From positions 145,576,001 to 145,640,000 of the forward strand of contig CM075977.1 in assembly GCA_038087875.1 (NCBI GenBank): a DNA stretch of 64,000 nucleotides, given 5' to 3'. Origin of the DNA: Malacoraja senta. Taxonomy: Eukaryota. Position 1 is the first letter of the stretch. Every line of letters begins with the position of its first letter. Of the stretch, positions 38,728 through 51,094 are shown piece after piece. A program made the position numbers and the translations under genes. The notes beneath the pieces were generated by a model that had not been told where the DNA came from, did not search any database, and worked only from the letters and a program-made list of their open reading frames with translations.

Positions 38728-39634
38728 CTGAATAGAGGCACGCAGAGATGGGGGATGGGGACAAAAATAAACATCATCAACAGTTCACAAAGCTTTAAAT
38801 GAATAGCAGAAAAAGTTTTTGCTACTTTCCTCCACCTCTAAAAATCTGACTTTTACAAAGCATTCATTTTAGTAACTTGTAAATATACAAATGAATGATG
38901 CAGCTTTTCTCTGTAGTATAGAAAGAATGGTAATTTATTATTAAATAGTTGACTGAACTCAATATAGTACGAGATATAACGGTCCTATTTTACTATTAGT
39001 TAGTTGACTAAGGTCAATATTGTATGAAGTAACGTTAAAAGTCACTTGAAACCATATTAGAAAGTGTACTTTTTAAAGACAAGGTAATTGTTGTTTATCT
39101 GTTTCTTTATGTTCTTTAGTTGATAAACAATGTTTACAAAGCAGCAAGCCGTAACTAAGGTAGGAATGATCTTCCCCAACAGTGTTTTCATCTTGATATT
39201 CAGATAAATAAATTTTAGAATTCAAGAAAGAGTAGGAAATGCTACCCCATCCCATCTCAGCATCACCTTCTCTGGTCCATAGAAGTATATGAATAAAGAT
39301 ATTTGATTGCATCCTTTTTCAGGTTAAATACAATATCCGCCCTACCCAAGTAATGGATCAGTAGATCCATTTTTATAAACTCCTTTGAATATAATTGGAT
39401 TCTGACCAAAGATTTTGATCAAAGAATTAGGATCAAAGTTTTGTCCTTTACTGAAAGGCAAAGATTTGTTCGAGGTTCACGAAAGGTCTATAATTTGAGC
39501 TATTATTGCGGCTATTACAGAATGAGGCCCCGAGACAAGAGAATCCCATATCCTATACAAGTCCTGTCGTTGAAATCAGCTGCAACTTGGGTTGCGCTAC
39601 ATGGTTTCCCTGCCATTCAAGTTCAGTTGCTTAC

Positions 39635-39756
39635 CTGCGAAGTTTCCCACTGCTGTTCTTGGTGGTTCCGCCTAATATTAGCTCCTCTTGCCAATGCATG
39701 TACTTTTTAGACAGCCCCTGGCAACCACCACTTAATATACGAGGAATATCAAGAGG
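39635..39756 (-). CDS. PTCH1: PTCH1 exon 7 (122 nt) [40 protein letters not shown]
   Basis: Hand-translated; MHWQEELI motif; AG/GT boundaries. Confidence 0.95.
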
Positions 39757-40009
39757 CTGTAAATATAATAAGCATCATCAGACATGATTATATAACTAGA
39801 GTATGATTACATAAATAACTTGCAAGTTCATTAGAATTTACAATTTTCAATTCTAACAGCAGTTTTATTACCTTTGGTACAGCAATACCCAAGGATGATA
39901 TTTAACCCATTGCAAATCAAAAATCCAGTAAAAGACACAATAACCCTGATTTGAATGAAACAACTCCACCCACAGAAACACAAGTAGAATATCTGGCATA
40001 ACTGCTTAC

Positions 40010-40208
40010 CGTTGTTGAGTTTTTGTTCGGGGCAGTAGACGGGCAGTCAGGATCCGCGGGGTTCAGGCAAGGGCGATCCATGTAACCATGTCCCACACCA
40101 GCCTTGGTCAGCATTTCTTCCCCAATATCCACATCATGCTTTAGGTCCTTTAACTCCTTCAGGAATTCTATGGGGTCAAGATTTGTCCATTGCAACTGTG
40201 GCTTCCCT
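40010..40208 (-). CDS. PTCH1: PTCH1 exon 6 (199 nt) [12 protein letters not shown]...[22 protein letters not shown]
   Basis: Within ORF 39917..40222; AG/GT boundaries. Confidence 0.95.
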
Positions 40209-40337
40209 CTGTCAAGAAACAAATTGCATCTTTCAGCAAACCTGCACTAGTGGTAGTTGCTTATGAACTGAAACATTGGCAATTTGTTTGTTACCATTTG
40301 AGTATAGATCAAAAATAAGATAACTGGTTCAGTTATT

Positions 40338-40650
40338 TGGGAGACATAGTGGCACATCTAGTAGTTGTAGTGACATGGATTCAGTCTGACTTCCCATCTT
40401 CCTGCGTGGTGTTGGCATGTTCGCTGCGTGGTGCATGGGTTTCCTCTAGGTGCTTTTAATTCCCTTTCACATTCAAAAACAGCCAGTGTTGCTATGTTAA
40501 TTGTTATTGTAAATTATTGTTATTGTAAACGAGTGAAAGAATCAATGAGCTGATGGGAATACAGAGAGAATGGGTTACACGTAAAGTTAGTGGGGAAATT
40601 AGATTGACCTGTGAGCAGGTATAGATTCATTGGCAGAGTGGCTTCCTATC
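40338..40650 (+). mobile_element. Decayed copy of the same tRNA-derived SINE family
   Basis: GCATGTT...CATGGGTTTCCTCTAGGTGCT...CACATTCAAAAAC core resembles the reverse complement of 16081-16365. Confidence 0.5.
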
Positions 40651-42729
40651 TTGTGAGGAGATAGTGCATGAACTAACTGACTCAATGGGGCATAAATGCC
40701 AGCACATCGTAATCGGTAAATTATATGCAAAAAAGTTAGCTGTTCATTAGGATGCCATATGGATTCAGATATTTATACACAGGGCCAGTACTCATTGAGC
40801 TTCTCACAAACCCACAGCGGTTATGCAAGAGTATTTCCCACTAAAACTGTTTCAAGCTTGACTTAGCACAACAGAAAGCCAATTTATTTTATTGGAGACG
40901 ATCGACAGCGACAGACCAAATTTGTATATGACAGCATGGATCAATTTCAGGCCTACAAATGTTTTACTGCCCAGCCTGCAGAGTGAGCAACAAGTTGCAC
41001 ACACAAGTTCCTGAGATTGTTTTCTGAGCAATGATATCTGGTGAAGTGCAAAAGTCTTGCTGATGTAAATCATAAGCCCTAAACACAGAAATACTTTGAA
41101 AGCTAAACAAGGCAAGTTTATCGACTATGTAAACTATGCAGGAACTTGAATTTTTATGAATGTACCCGAGCTTCACAAATGTCACAAAGTATTCACAATC
41201 TACTAAAATGAATCACTGAATTAAAAATACTATTATTTAAAATTAAAGATTGTAAAAAGTCTATTAACATAGAAAAACAAGGCAATTAAATGAACTCAAT
41301 TAATTTTAAAAATATCTACATTACACAGAACTCTCCTCTGTTTCTCACAGATGTTCCTCTTCACTGAAATGAAGAGATTTGCTGAACCAGAGCCAGGTCT
41401 GATGTGACAGAGTCCAGCGCCCACATTTTCCAACGTAAACTGCGAGAAGCTGCAAGAAGTCTGCCTATGCCACTGGTCTCCACAAGGAGTGCAGCAGTCA
41501 GTGACCAAGACCTCTTGGGATGTTGGGACCATCCATATTTGCATAAATGAGCCTCAGAAGTTGCATGGATTGTTAACATCCCCTGCTTGCATAAATATGA
41601 TGCACTGATGATATAAATTAATTTACATTTTCAATTAATAGAGTTTACTTAAATATTTGTAATACCACAATGTTCTTTCATTATTTCATTTTAATAATAT
41701 GTTTAAAAAATGTCATTGATTTTATTATTTATTCATTAATTTTATAGAATTGTCAATGTTTGGGTGACATTCAGAACCGTTCAAATTTGTTGAAAGATTT
41801 TACAGTTTTGGCTAATTTTGTGGACATGACTGAAGTGGGTTTTTTGCTGTCTCAGGGGCTTGTTCTGGACCTGCATTTGCCAGATCCATCAATTTAATTC
41901 AAATGACCCTCCATTGTACATGAAATGGGCTAGGTTTTCATGCTAGGAGAGCGGCCCGACTACAGTCAAAGTTAATAATTTTGTTTGTCAGGACTAAAGG
42001 AATTTAAAAATAAAAAGGCATATTATTACATGAATTTCATCGCTAAACAGAAGCGTAATGAATACGGAGTATTGTAATTTAAAATAAGTGGCAAATTAAT
42101 AATACTGAATTTATCATTTGGCTGTGAAATTTAAATTTATTCTACCACCTTTGCTGTAAAATTTTAGCAATATGTTTAATTTGGTATTTTCAACCATATT
42201 TGTTACAGTAAGCTTAACAATGAAGGTTAACGATGGGCATCAGTGAAATTGCTATCATAAATACACTATTTTAAAGAGATTGGGCTGGAATTCAAAAATT
42301 GTCTCAATTCACTATCATTTTACAAACAATTTTTTTTTTTTAAACGCTCACTATAATTCTTCAGTGTACAATGGGTTAAAATGAATTTGGAGGCCTCAGA
42401 GTTGTTGAAGTGTTGAAAAGGTGATATGCAGGTGCTGTGGCTTCTGATTAACATTCATTTTTGATCTGCATCAAGAGGGAGGCTAATGCATTTCCCAGGA
42501 GAAATGATAGAAAGTTAAGTTTGCTAGCACATCCTAGCAGCAATGTATGACTATGATCCCATCCTCTCCCAGGCACTGAACTTAGGTGAGGTCCAATAAA
42601 ATCAATGTTGTCACAATAATAGGTTGAGGATAAAAATATTAACGTTTATATAATGACGAGAATGTGGAACATAAGTTCTACTATAGTGCCTACATTTCTT
42701 CAAATTAGATCAAGAGTTTTATTGTCATA

Positions 42730-43835
42730 CTAGATCAAGGGGGACCCGTTGGATCCCGTCCCCTCAACGCGTGGTTGCGGAGGGGGCGGCCTTCAGCGTC
42801 ACATACACACTAACCATCCCCCCTTGACATTATATTAATATTATTCATTCGCTCCTTTTACCCCATCCCCCGGCCTATCCATTCACACATAACCCCCAAC
42901 TGCGCAGATCATTCTCGTTCTTTCTGCGTCTTTTGAAGAACGGGGGGGGGGGGTGCGTGGAGTAACGTACCTCGTGGAAAACTGCACATGCGCGTTGACA
43001 GCAGCTGCATTAATCCACAGCGACGAGGGGGGGGGGCGCAGGAGGCAGGTGGGCCTCGATTGGTGGGCATGTGGGCATTGTGATGTCAGCAGCTGGCAAG
43101 ACGATCGTCCCCTGTGATGGGTAGAGAGCAAAGATCCTATAGCGGTCGGTATAGGATCTTTGGTAGAGAGGAGAGGGGAGGAGGTGAAAAGAGGGGGGGG
43201 TGGAGGGGAGCCGGACGAGTGAGTGGGCTGCCAAATGAGGAGAGAGACAGAAGCGGCTTCTGACTCTCTGGAAACCCACAGCTGGAATGAGCAGGCAGGC
43301 GGGCAGGGGATGGGAGGGGAGGGGCTTCATGAGCTGCGCCGGCAGTGAGAAGGTTCAGCACGTGAGGCGCCGCTGACCCCGAGATCTGCAGAACAAAGAT
43401 CCTATAGCCGAGCTGTAGAATCTTTGTTCTGTAGAACTTTCTCGATCTTTCTGCGCCTTTTGAAGAACGGGGTGGGGATGGGTGGGCGAACGTACCTCGT
43501 GGAAAACTGCGCATGCGCGTTGACAGCAGCTGCATTAATCCACAGCGGCGGGGTGGCGGGGCCTGGATTGGTGGGCATGTGGGCATTGTGACGTCAGCAG
43601 CTGGCAAGCGGCGATTATTTTTGAAAAAGTGAGTTTTGTGAACAACTTTATTCAAAATCTGGGGAAATAATCGACCGAATTTAGAGATGATTGGATTTCT
43701 GAAATCATAAGTTAAATCCCTACCGAAATTGTAAAAATCTCCTAGTTTTTGCGTCTGGTTTTCGAGGAGATACGTTTCAAAGGCAAAATGACATACACCC
43801 ACACACACAAACACAGAGTTTTAAAAGTATATAGA
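42730..43835 (-). mobile_element. Non-autonomous Helitron copy C (different subfamily, internal duplication)
   Basis: 5' TCTATATACTTTTAAAACTCT; 3' GGGATCCAACGGGTCCC hairpin plus CCTTGATCTAG|T. Confidence 0.8.
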
Positions 43836-45179
43836 TAGAAGATAGATAGATAGGCACATTAAATGTAACAATTCAACAAATAAATGTACAATAAATGATC
43901 AGTTATTTCTATGTAAACACCAAACATTTGGCTGCCATCATCCTCAAAAAAAAAAATTGGGTAATTCCTGTTCCAAAAGTTTAATCTATTTAATATAATT
44001 CCTATTACACCGGATAAGCAATTCCAAATTTTGTCTGAATGCTACACTGGTTAATGCTGAGAGATAAATTAGTTCTGAATACACAAGTTCCGCCAGTCTA
44101 CACACTTTCTGTCTATTACAAAAGAATCTTTCTATCATAACAAGTTGTCATTTTACACATTGACAGAGTAAAATAAATAAAAAATCCAATTGAATCAACA
44201 GATCATGATATAATGTCTTCTGTATTACAATAATAAAAGCTGTTTTTATTCTTGAATCAATCATAGAACCTTACCTTTATTACTGCTAATGATACCTTAC
44301 TTCTTTATGCTTTTTGACAGCCTGGCAATCGACCAACATCCCCCCCTTTTGAATTTCTTCCTGCTGCTGACAGATTAGAGAAGCTTTTGGCTGGGTTACT
44401 TTGTGGTTCAAACCACATTGTATCTGCCTAACCAGGCTTGAGTTATTATTTCAATTCTCCCAACCAGAAAACACAAAACTCTTATTTACAATTCAATTTT
44501 TACATTATCAATTCCTTGCCCCTGCCTACTTTTCCAACAAACTTTCAGCCACACAGGGAAAAAAAACATGATTTGAATTGGGAATCAGAATTTTGTAAAT
44601 CTATACATTCTGTGAATGAAACACTAAATCCAACTGACTGATAAACAGCCACATGTGAGAAAATATGTTTTCACTACTCTCTGCTAATTGATGTCAGCAG
44701 CCAAATGTCTTTGCTGATTGATGGGAATGGATAGTGGGACAGAGGCTAATGCCACTAAAGTATTAGCTGTGTGAACTGAGTAGAAAGGTTGCAGGGTAAA
44801 TATTTGTTCAAGCCCCACTTTGGGCACCGCCAGGAGATCTGAGCCTTGGACAAAAATGGCCCTTGAACCTGTTAATTGCTTGAGCTGCCGGTTCTTGTCA
44901 GGATGGCGCAGGCAGCTGAACAAGCTGAAGAAATAAACACCAGGCCACTTGCCTCACTGGTAGTTGGGAGGGTTGGGGTTGAGGGGTTCTCGTGCACCAT
45001 TTGGAATACCATGGAGTTGAGGAGCAGGCTATTCCTCCTGGATCAACGTCAACAGCCAGTGAAGAACAGGTGCTGACCCTGCCTTGATGTATGTCTGATT
45101 TCTCCAATGACAACCTAAACAAGTGTCAAACCTACATGCACATAGGTTCTAAGACAATCTGCTTAAAAGATACCCCAAC

Positions 45180-45375
45180 AGGCCCCGATTGGTCCTGTTC
45201 TTTTCCCGCCTCCAGCTCCTCAACCCCCCCCCCCTTAATTTCAGTCTGATGAAGGGTCCTGACCCAGAACATCACCCATCCTTTTTCTCCAGGGATGCTG
45301 CCTGACCTGCTGAGTTATTCCAGCACTTTGTGTCTATCTTTGGTATAAACCAGCATCTGCAATTCTTTGTTTCCG
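45180..45375 (+). mobile_element. Penelope-derived tail fragment
   Basis: TCAGTCTGATGAAGGGTCCTGACCCAGAACATCACC...GATGCTGCCTGACCTGCTGAGTTATTCCAGCA. Confidence 0.72.
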
Positions 45376-45802
45376 ACTCTTTAGGATCAGTTGCTTTTCA
45401 GGTGTCTTTGGACCATAAGGTCTTAGTGCTTCATAGCACTAGGGTTCATAGCACATATTTCTGTCCATAAAGCAAGCACATTAAGGTCCTATTCTTAACC
45501 TTATCTGTTTAAAAGATATTAGGTCAAGGCATTAATAACCTTGATTATTAATGGTAATAGTATTGGACATACCAAAGTGGAAATTGATATATCAGCAAGG
45601 TCATCTGGTTAATGTCCTTGCGAAGATACTCAAAAATGCTGAACCTATGTACGATCAGTATTTTGCCTTGTAGGTTGCTTTTCCTTATGAATGATCCAAA
45701 TATACTTTTTGTAAAATAAAATATCAACAAGAAAACTCAGAGGATATTTGCCAGCAATATAAAGTTGGCATTTATAACAGAAGGCAACGGAGATTTACTT
45801 AC

Positions 45803-45894
45803 GGCAGGTAGACTGTTCCCAGTTGTAATCTAGCACCTTCCCAGAAACAGTCCAAGGGTGTGATTATTAGACAGGGATACAATTGTTCGATAAA
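45803..45894 (-). CDS. PTCH1: PTCH1 exon 5 (92 nt) [31 protein letters not shown]
   Basis: Patched signature [14 protein letters not shown]; AG/GT boundaries. Confidence 0.95.
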
Positions 45895-46010
45895 CTGGTA
45901 AAAACATGGAAAAATCACTAAGCTTAATAAGGATAGTCATTATGAAAAGTGAAGTAAAATTTCAATACTTTGTGTAACAGTTTAAAATTTTAACAGCATT
46001 CTAATTTTAC

Positions 46011-46080
46011 CTGGGCCATCAAAACCCCTTCTGTTACAAGTGCTCCTGATTTATAACACAAGTGGTCTAAAGTCCACGGT
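46011..46080 (-). CDS. PTCH1: PTCH1 exon 4 (70 nt) PWTLDHLCYKSGALVTEGVLMAQ
   Basis: Not in the ORF track; hand-translated; AG/GT boundaries; HLCYKSG motif. Confidence 0.93.
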
Positions 46081-46342
46081 CTAAAGAAAAAGGGAAAACG
46101 TTTTAGAATGTATAATAAAAATACGCACACAACTTAAAAATGTGGAAGCAGGATGATTAGATGGCAATTCAATAAAATGACTTGACTCAACTTCAGACTT
46201 AAAAAGGTAGCAGCACCTAAGTGTATTTGTCAGTTGAAAAGTCAAATTTCCACGAAAAACAGATTTCCTTTGAGTTGGGGCAAAATGTTCTTCATGCAGG
46301 GTCAATAACATTGAGAAAGGTGATTAATTCAGTGTAACTTAC

Positions 46343-46532
46343 TTGTTGTACAAATAAACCTGCACTCTGCTGGCTTTAAGTGCAGAGTCAAGGTGTTGCT
46401 GCAGTGCTTCAACTGTTAGAATATTAGCACCTTCCTCAGGTGTGGTTTGAATCATGATCTGTGGATTGAACATGGCCTCCTCTCCTATCTTCTCTCGTGT
46501 GTATGATAATTCTCGACTCACTCTGCCACCAA
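46343..46532 (-). CDS. PTCH1: PTCH1 exon 3 (190 nt) [25 protein letters not shown]...VYLYN
   Basis: ag acceptor at 46534-46533, gtaag donor from 46342; protein match. Confidence 0.95.
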
Positions 46533-47091
46533 CTAAGGGTAAAAATGATTTTTTTATAATTATTACTAAAATTACAATGTTGGTATACAAATTGCATGCA
46601 ATTTCATAATTAATGATTACCAATAAATAATTACATATAACTTCAAAATGTATACTTTAATCAGCATTTCATGTCAATGACATTACTGCATTCCTGATGC
46701 AATATATGAAGAAAATGTTTGAGAAGTAAAATTGCACAAATTTTAAAAATCAATAAAACAAAAACTAAAGTCTGGACGCAATTTACAACACTTTTGAGCT
46801 TTCTGGTATTAGATTCAGACTGGCACACCCATATCTATGTACACATTGCAACAAAATAAGCACAAACAACGACTGATCATTTCCCATTTAAAACAAAACT
46901 GACATCCATAATCACCATTTCCATTATTGTTCCTGAAAGATGCATGCTTAAAGATCAGGAGGCATCAAACACATTGAAAATAGTTGGGGAGAAAGTAGTC
47001 AATTTCTCAGATCTTAATTTACGCATGTAACTAAATTCAATGACCAGATGATCATCCTGTGCTGCGCTTCAACCCATCACAATCGGGTCCC

Positions 47092-48105
47092 ATATTACTA
47101 AAACTCGCATCGTGTTTGTTTGTATTCGTGCGTGCGTGTGCATGATATCTCAAAACCCCGCCAAAACGGTACACGATAGCGCTACAATTTTTAGCCCACC
47201 TTACTCACCATTGTCCTGTGATGTAAATGAAACAAGTTCCGTTTGGATTGATGGTATATTTTACGTTATTGACATTTAAATTTTACAAAAATCACTTTTC
47301 AAACCACTTTTCCACTTGCCCTGCCCGTCAGCCGCGTTACAATGACGTCACAATGGGATCCAGAATATCATTAACATTTTTTTTAAATCACGCTTTTCAA
47401 AAATAACTCAAGTTTTAATCAGATTCTTCCATTTACATTGACAGGTAAAATTGTGTTTAGGTTATTTAAAATAGAGATTTTCTTTTTTTTTTTAAACATC
47501 GTGGTTTTAATTGGGGGGGGGGTGGGATAAGGGGGAGGTTTCATTTTTTTTTAAACTTTGTAATTTTCATTGTGGGGGGTGGGATAGGGGGAAGGTGAGG
47601 AGTGGGGGAGCAGGGGGATAGAGGGAGAGGAGGGAGTGGGGGATGTAGAGAGTGGGGGATAGAGAGGAGTGAGAGTGGGGGGGGATAGAGGGGCAGTGGG
47701 GGAGGAGAGGGGGGGATGGAATGGGGGGGTGAGGAGTGGGGAGCAGGCAGATAGAGGGAGAGGTGGGTAGGGAGGGGAGAGGGGTTATGGAGGGAGGGAG
47801 TGACTGAGGGTAGGGGAAAGGAGAGGGAGGGAGAGAGAGTGAGTGGGGAGGAGAGGGGAAAGAAGATGGAGGGTGAAGAGGAGGGGGAGGGAGTGTTGGG
47901 GATGAGGGGGAATGGAGGAGGATAGGGGTAGGAAGAGGGATGGCGAGACGCAGTTGATGGAGGGTTGCCGTGACTAGTGTCACAACGGGGATCTCTGGAG
48001 TCACAACGGGAACCCCTCAGCCGCGCCAGCGCAGTTGGGGGCTATGGGTCAGTGGTAGAATATTGCCTTGGGGAACGGGCCCCAAAGGGTCCGCACCTGG
48101 TCTCG
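47092..48105 (+). mobile_element. Non-autonomous Helitron copy D
   Basis: 5' ATATTACTAAAACTC; G/A-rich tract 47570-47940; 3' GGGCCCCAAAGGGTCC hairpin plus GCACCTGGTCTCG|T; collinear with copies A and B. Confidence 0.78.
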
Positions 48106-49410
48106 TTCTTTCTAAAATGTTGTACAAAAAGTGCTTCAATCTATTACCATCTTTATTGCTTTGGCATTAAGTATTGCTTGAGAGAATGGGAGAGATTAAC
48201 CTTGGATGAGGTTGCATGCCATCAGCAGAGCCTTCTCTTTGATTAATGCAAAGCAAACTGGACAGGTTCGCTAATTGATAGGCAATTCACCAACCCCTTT
48301 ATATCCAGACAGATGGTATACACAAAGGTTTACTCCAATGTCTCTTGATAAATCATAAAATTAAGTAATGCACTTTAGCACTAACATACTCAATTGTACT
48401 TCAAGATGCAGTTTGGCGATTTGGTACCAGCTAAAAAAAATCCAAATATTCTCAATTTATTTAAATATTTGCAGCTTAGATACTAATCACATGTTATGTA
48501 AATTGCAAGAAGAAATTCCTACATTTTACATTTTCCTTTTCCATTTAAGAAAAACTTGTGTACACAGTGACCAAAGATACATTTCAAGTTTCACAATGCT
48601 AACTTTGCACATTATAAAAATTACTTTTCCAAATATTTATAACTATCATTTCCAATTTAAATACTTGCCTGTCAGTTTGTTGATGAATTATAATTATCCA
48701 AAACATTAAAATATTTTTCTTAGTAACAAAATTATAATGTTCACAAAGTTTAAACAAAATTTTCAATTACATTTTACAGAAGATTAACTTTGTTATTCAA
48801 TTTCTATTAAACTTTATATTTCCCATCCCTCCAGAAGAGCTGCCGAATGCATCTACATATTTTACAAACTGTCAGCATTTAATAAGAGAAAATTATTTAA
48901 AATGTGGTCACCCTGTTAATACTTGGGAGCTTCAAACAAATTTTAACTAAATAGAGAATTAAGTTCCAAAGATTTATTTTGGGTTAATTGCACGTAAGAA
49001 CTTTGCTATTACACTTTCTTAACATGGGAGTGAAGTTTGTTTGTGGGAATGGATTTCTTTTCTTTCCAAAATGTTGTTCGTTCTCAATTCTCCACCTAGA
49101 TCCAAACACCTGTTGGAATCCTCCTGAAACCACACAATCTGATTTGCTGGTACGGACTTCTAAACCATGCTGAAGCAATCCCAAATTCTGGAATCCCAAC
49201 AATGTCAGAGTTTCAGTCTGCTACTAATCCAATTTTAATCGGTATTCCTGATAATACCAACAAAATAACACACCTTTCCGTATGAAATATGACAGACTGT
49301 GAACAGCACCACCATGATGCTCCTGTGTGTTGTTGGATGTTTTAGTATTCTCTTCCTTCAGTTTAATATGGTTATTACAAGCATTGTAAGCTCAGGTTTT
49401 TATTTGGCAG

Positions 49411-50655
49411 CTTCTTCTTCTTCTTCTTCTTCTGAGGTTATCCCTCAAAATTCAGGATAAACTGTTCCAGCTTTTTTTCTGGGTTGAGCAATCATGCAGC
49501 ATTTGGGCTGCCTAATGAGACCAATGTGGGAACGGATGACTCTTCTACAGATGGGGCTTACAGGGCTGGTAGATGGGTAGTTTGAGATAAGGATATCTGT
49601 ATGCAGGGCCTCTGTAACTTCAGATAAACTTGGAACTCTTTCTCAAAACCATTCCAAATGCTCCTCTGCTTTGAGTGGTCTCAGAGCATAGATTCCGAGG
49701 AGCTGGTGGAGGTGTTGCCTTCCTTCAAGGCGTCTTTGAGCACATGCTTGAACATTTCCCTTTGTCTGCCTGAAAACTAACTTCTCAGCTTCCTGAACCA
49801 TGCGTTCAACGTCTTCCTTGCTGAAGCGACACTGGTTGTTTGTGATGGTGATCTTATTTTCGTTTCCAGTATGATTTGGGAGCCTGGTACCAAGCATGTG
49901 AATAACATGCTCTGCTGAATATATCCAATTGAGTATAACTGGTGTCTCAATAAAAAGAATATTGGCCTAAAAGTAGACACTGACATTGATTCATTTGATA
50001 ATTCCAGTGAATTTGGAGCGGTGGCTTTGGTGTTATTTTTCCAATCTTAGAAACACAGAAAATAGGTGCAGGAGTAGGCCATTCTGCCCATTTAGCCAGC
50101 ATCGCCATTTAATATGATCATGGCTGATCATCCAAAATCAGTGGATGTATATTGTAAATAATCCAGGCCTCAGAAGAGCATGGAAGGTGGGGATCACTGC
50201 AGTCCTGTATTCTATGATTTTGATGCCAGGGCTGAGGTCTTGATCTGCAGATTCCCTTTTTTCCCCAGTGAAAGACTCTGCTGATGTATCGAAGGCAATA
50301 GTAAATCTCATTGTCTTCTATGAGAGGTAGCTTCTGAGCTATGGGAATTTGTCCCTGTTTTCCAGGGTCTCAACGTGAAACATCATTGGAGAGCAAAGAC
50401 AAGGTAATAGGGGATTGCTGTCTTGTGGATGTTGATTATAAAGGTCTATTCTCTCATATACTTCATTGAATGAGTCAGCGATGGCTAGAGCTTAGCTTCC
50501 AAATATGTGCAAATGCATGCACAGGATAACCTTGGTCTTGAAGTGTAGTTGCTGAAGGTTGAATAGCTTCTCTTTAGTTCTGAAGGATAGCAACACTCCC
50601 ATGGGAAATTGATTAGAGGCGAGGTGCAACTATGTTGTCAGATAGATTCAGAAAA
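49411..50655 (-). mobile_element. Older RTE-clade LINE remnant with (GAA)n tail, containing foreign insertions
   Basis: GAGGTTATCCCTC near 49434 matches GAGGCTATCCCTC of the 56730 element; decayed TRLPN...GRQREMFKHVLK; left end at (TTC)n 49411-49433; right end approximate. Confidence 0.55.
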
Positions 50656-50687
50656 GGGTTGAGCAATCATGCAGCATTTGGGCTGCC
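49481..50687 (+). repeat. Perfect 32-nt direct repeat (49481-49512 and 50656-50687)
   Basis: GGGTTGAGCAATCATGCAGCATTTGGGCTGCC occurs twice, 1175 nt apart. Confidence 0.95.
49781..49870 (-). pseudogene. 90-nt HSP70-family (HSC70/HSPA8-like) coding fragment
   Basis: [30 protein letters not shown] versus HSPA8 [30 protein letters not shown] (24 of 30 identical, from recall). Confidence 0.9.
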
Positions 50688-50870
50688 CACTCACGTGGAC
50701 TAAAAAAAAGAATAAATAAAATATCCCATGCCACCATTCCCATAGAACATGTATTGTGTCTTTGCTTGTATTGACTATTCAATCATCATCACTAAAAGAG
50801 ATTATCTGAATATCTCATTGCTATTTATGGGAACTCACTACTTGAAAACTGGCTGCTGCATTTCCAACTG
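50683..50870 (+). mobile_element. Deu-domain SINE remnant (SacSINE1/AmnSINE1-like)
   Basis: ATCCCATGCCACC...CATCACTAAAAGAGATTATCTG...ATCTCATTGCT...TGGCTGCTGCATTTCC resembles the recalled DeuSINE core. Confidence 0.5.
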
Positions 50871-51094
50871 AACAACCTCAGTGGGTGGAATCTAACCAGT
50901 TTTACTGTAGCTATTCCTTTCGAGTCTAATATTTCTAAAATACTTTGTAAATGGCACATGGCAAACTTGGCAATTCATTCATTAGTCTTCTACTTGACAA
51001 TATTATTACAACGAGAGGCATGTACAACATGCATTCTGTAGATCAGAATCAACATTTTAGAGCACAACAAAATCAATTCTCATATTACAACTTA

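Noticed and set aside
43137-43814. 225-aa ORF, the longest in the track
   Set aside because: Lies within GC-rich Helitron C; no RepHel or other recognisable motifs.
47567-48004. Pro/Ser/Leu-rich 145-aa ORF (and similar ORFs at 14685-15468)
   Set aside because: Translation of low-complexity purine/pyrimidine tracts inside Helitrons.
49643-49897. A functional HSP70 gene or exon
   Set aside because: Only 30 codons match, with substitutions at conserved residues, no flanking splice sites and no other HSP70 exons in the window.
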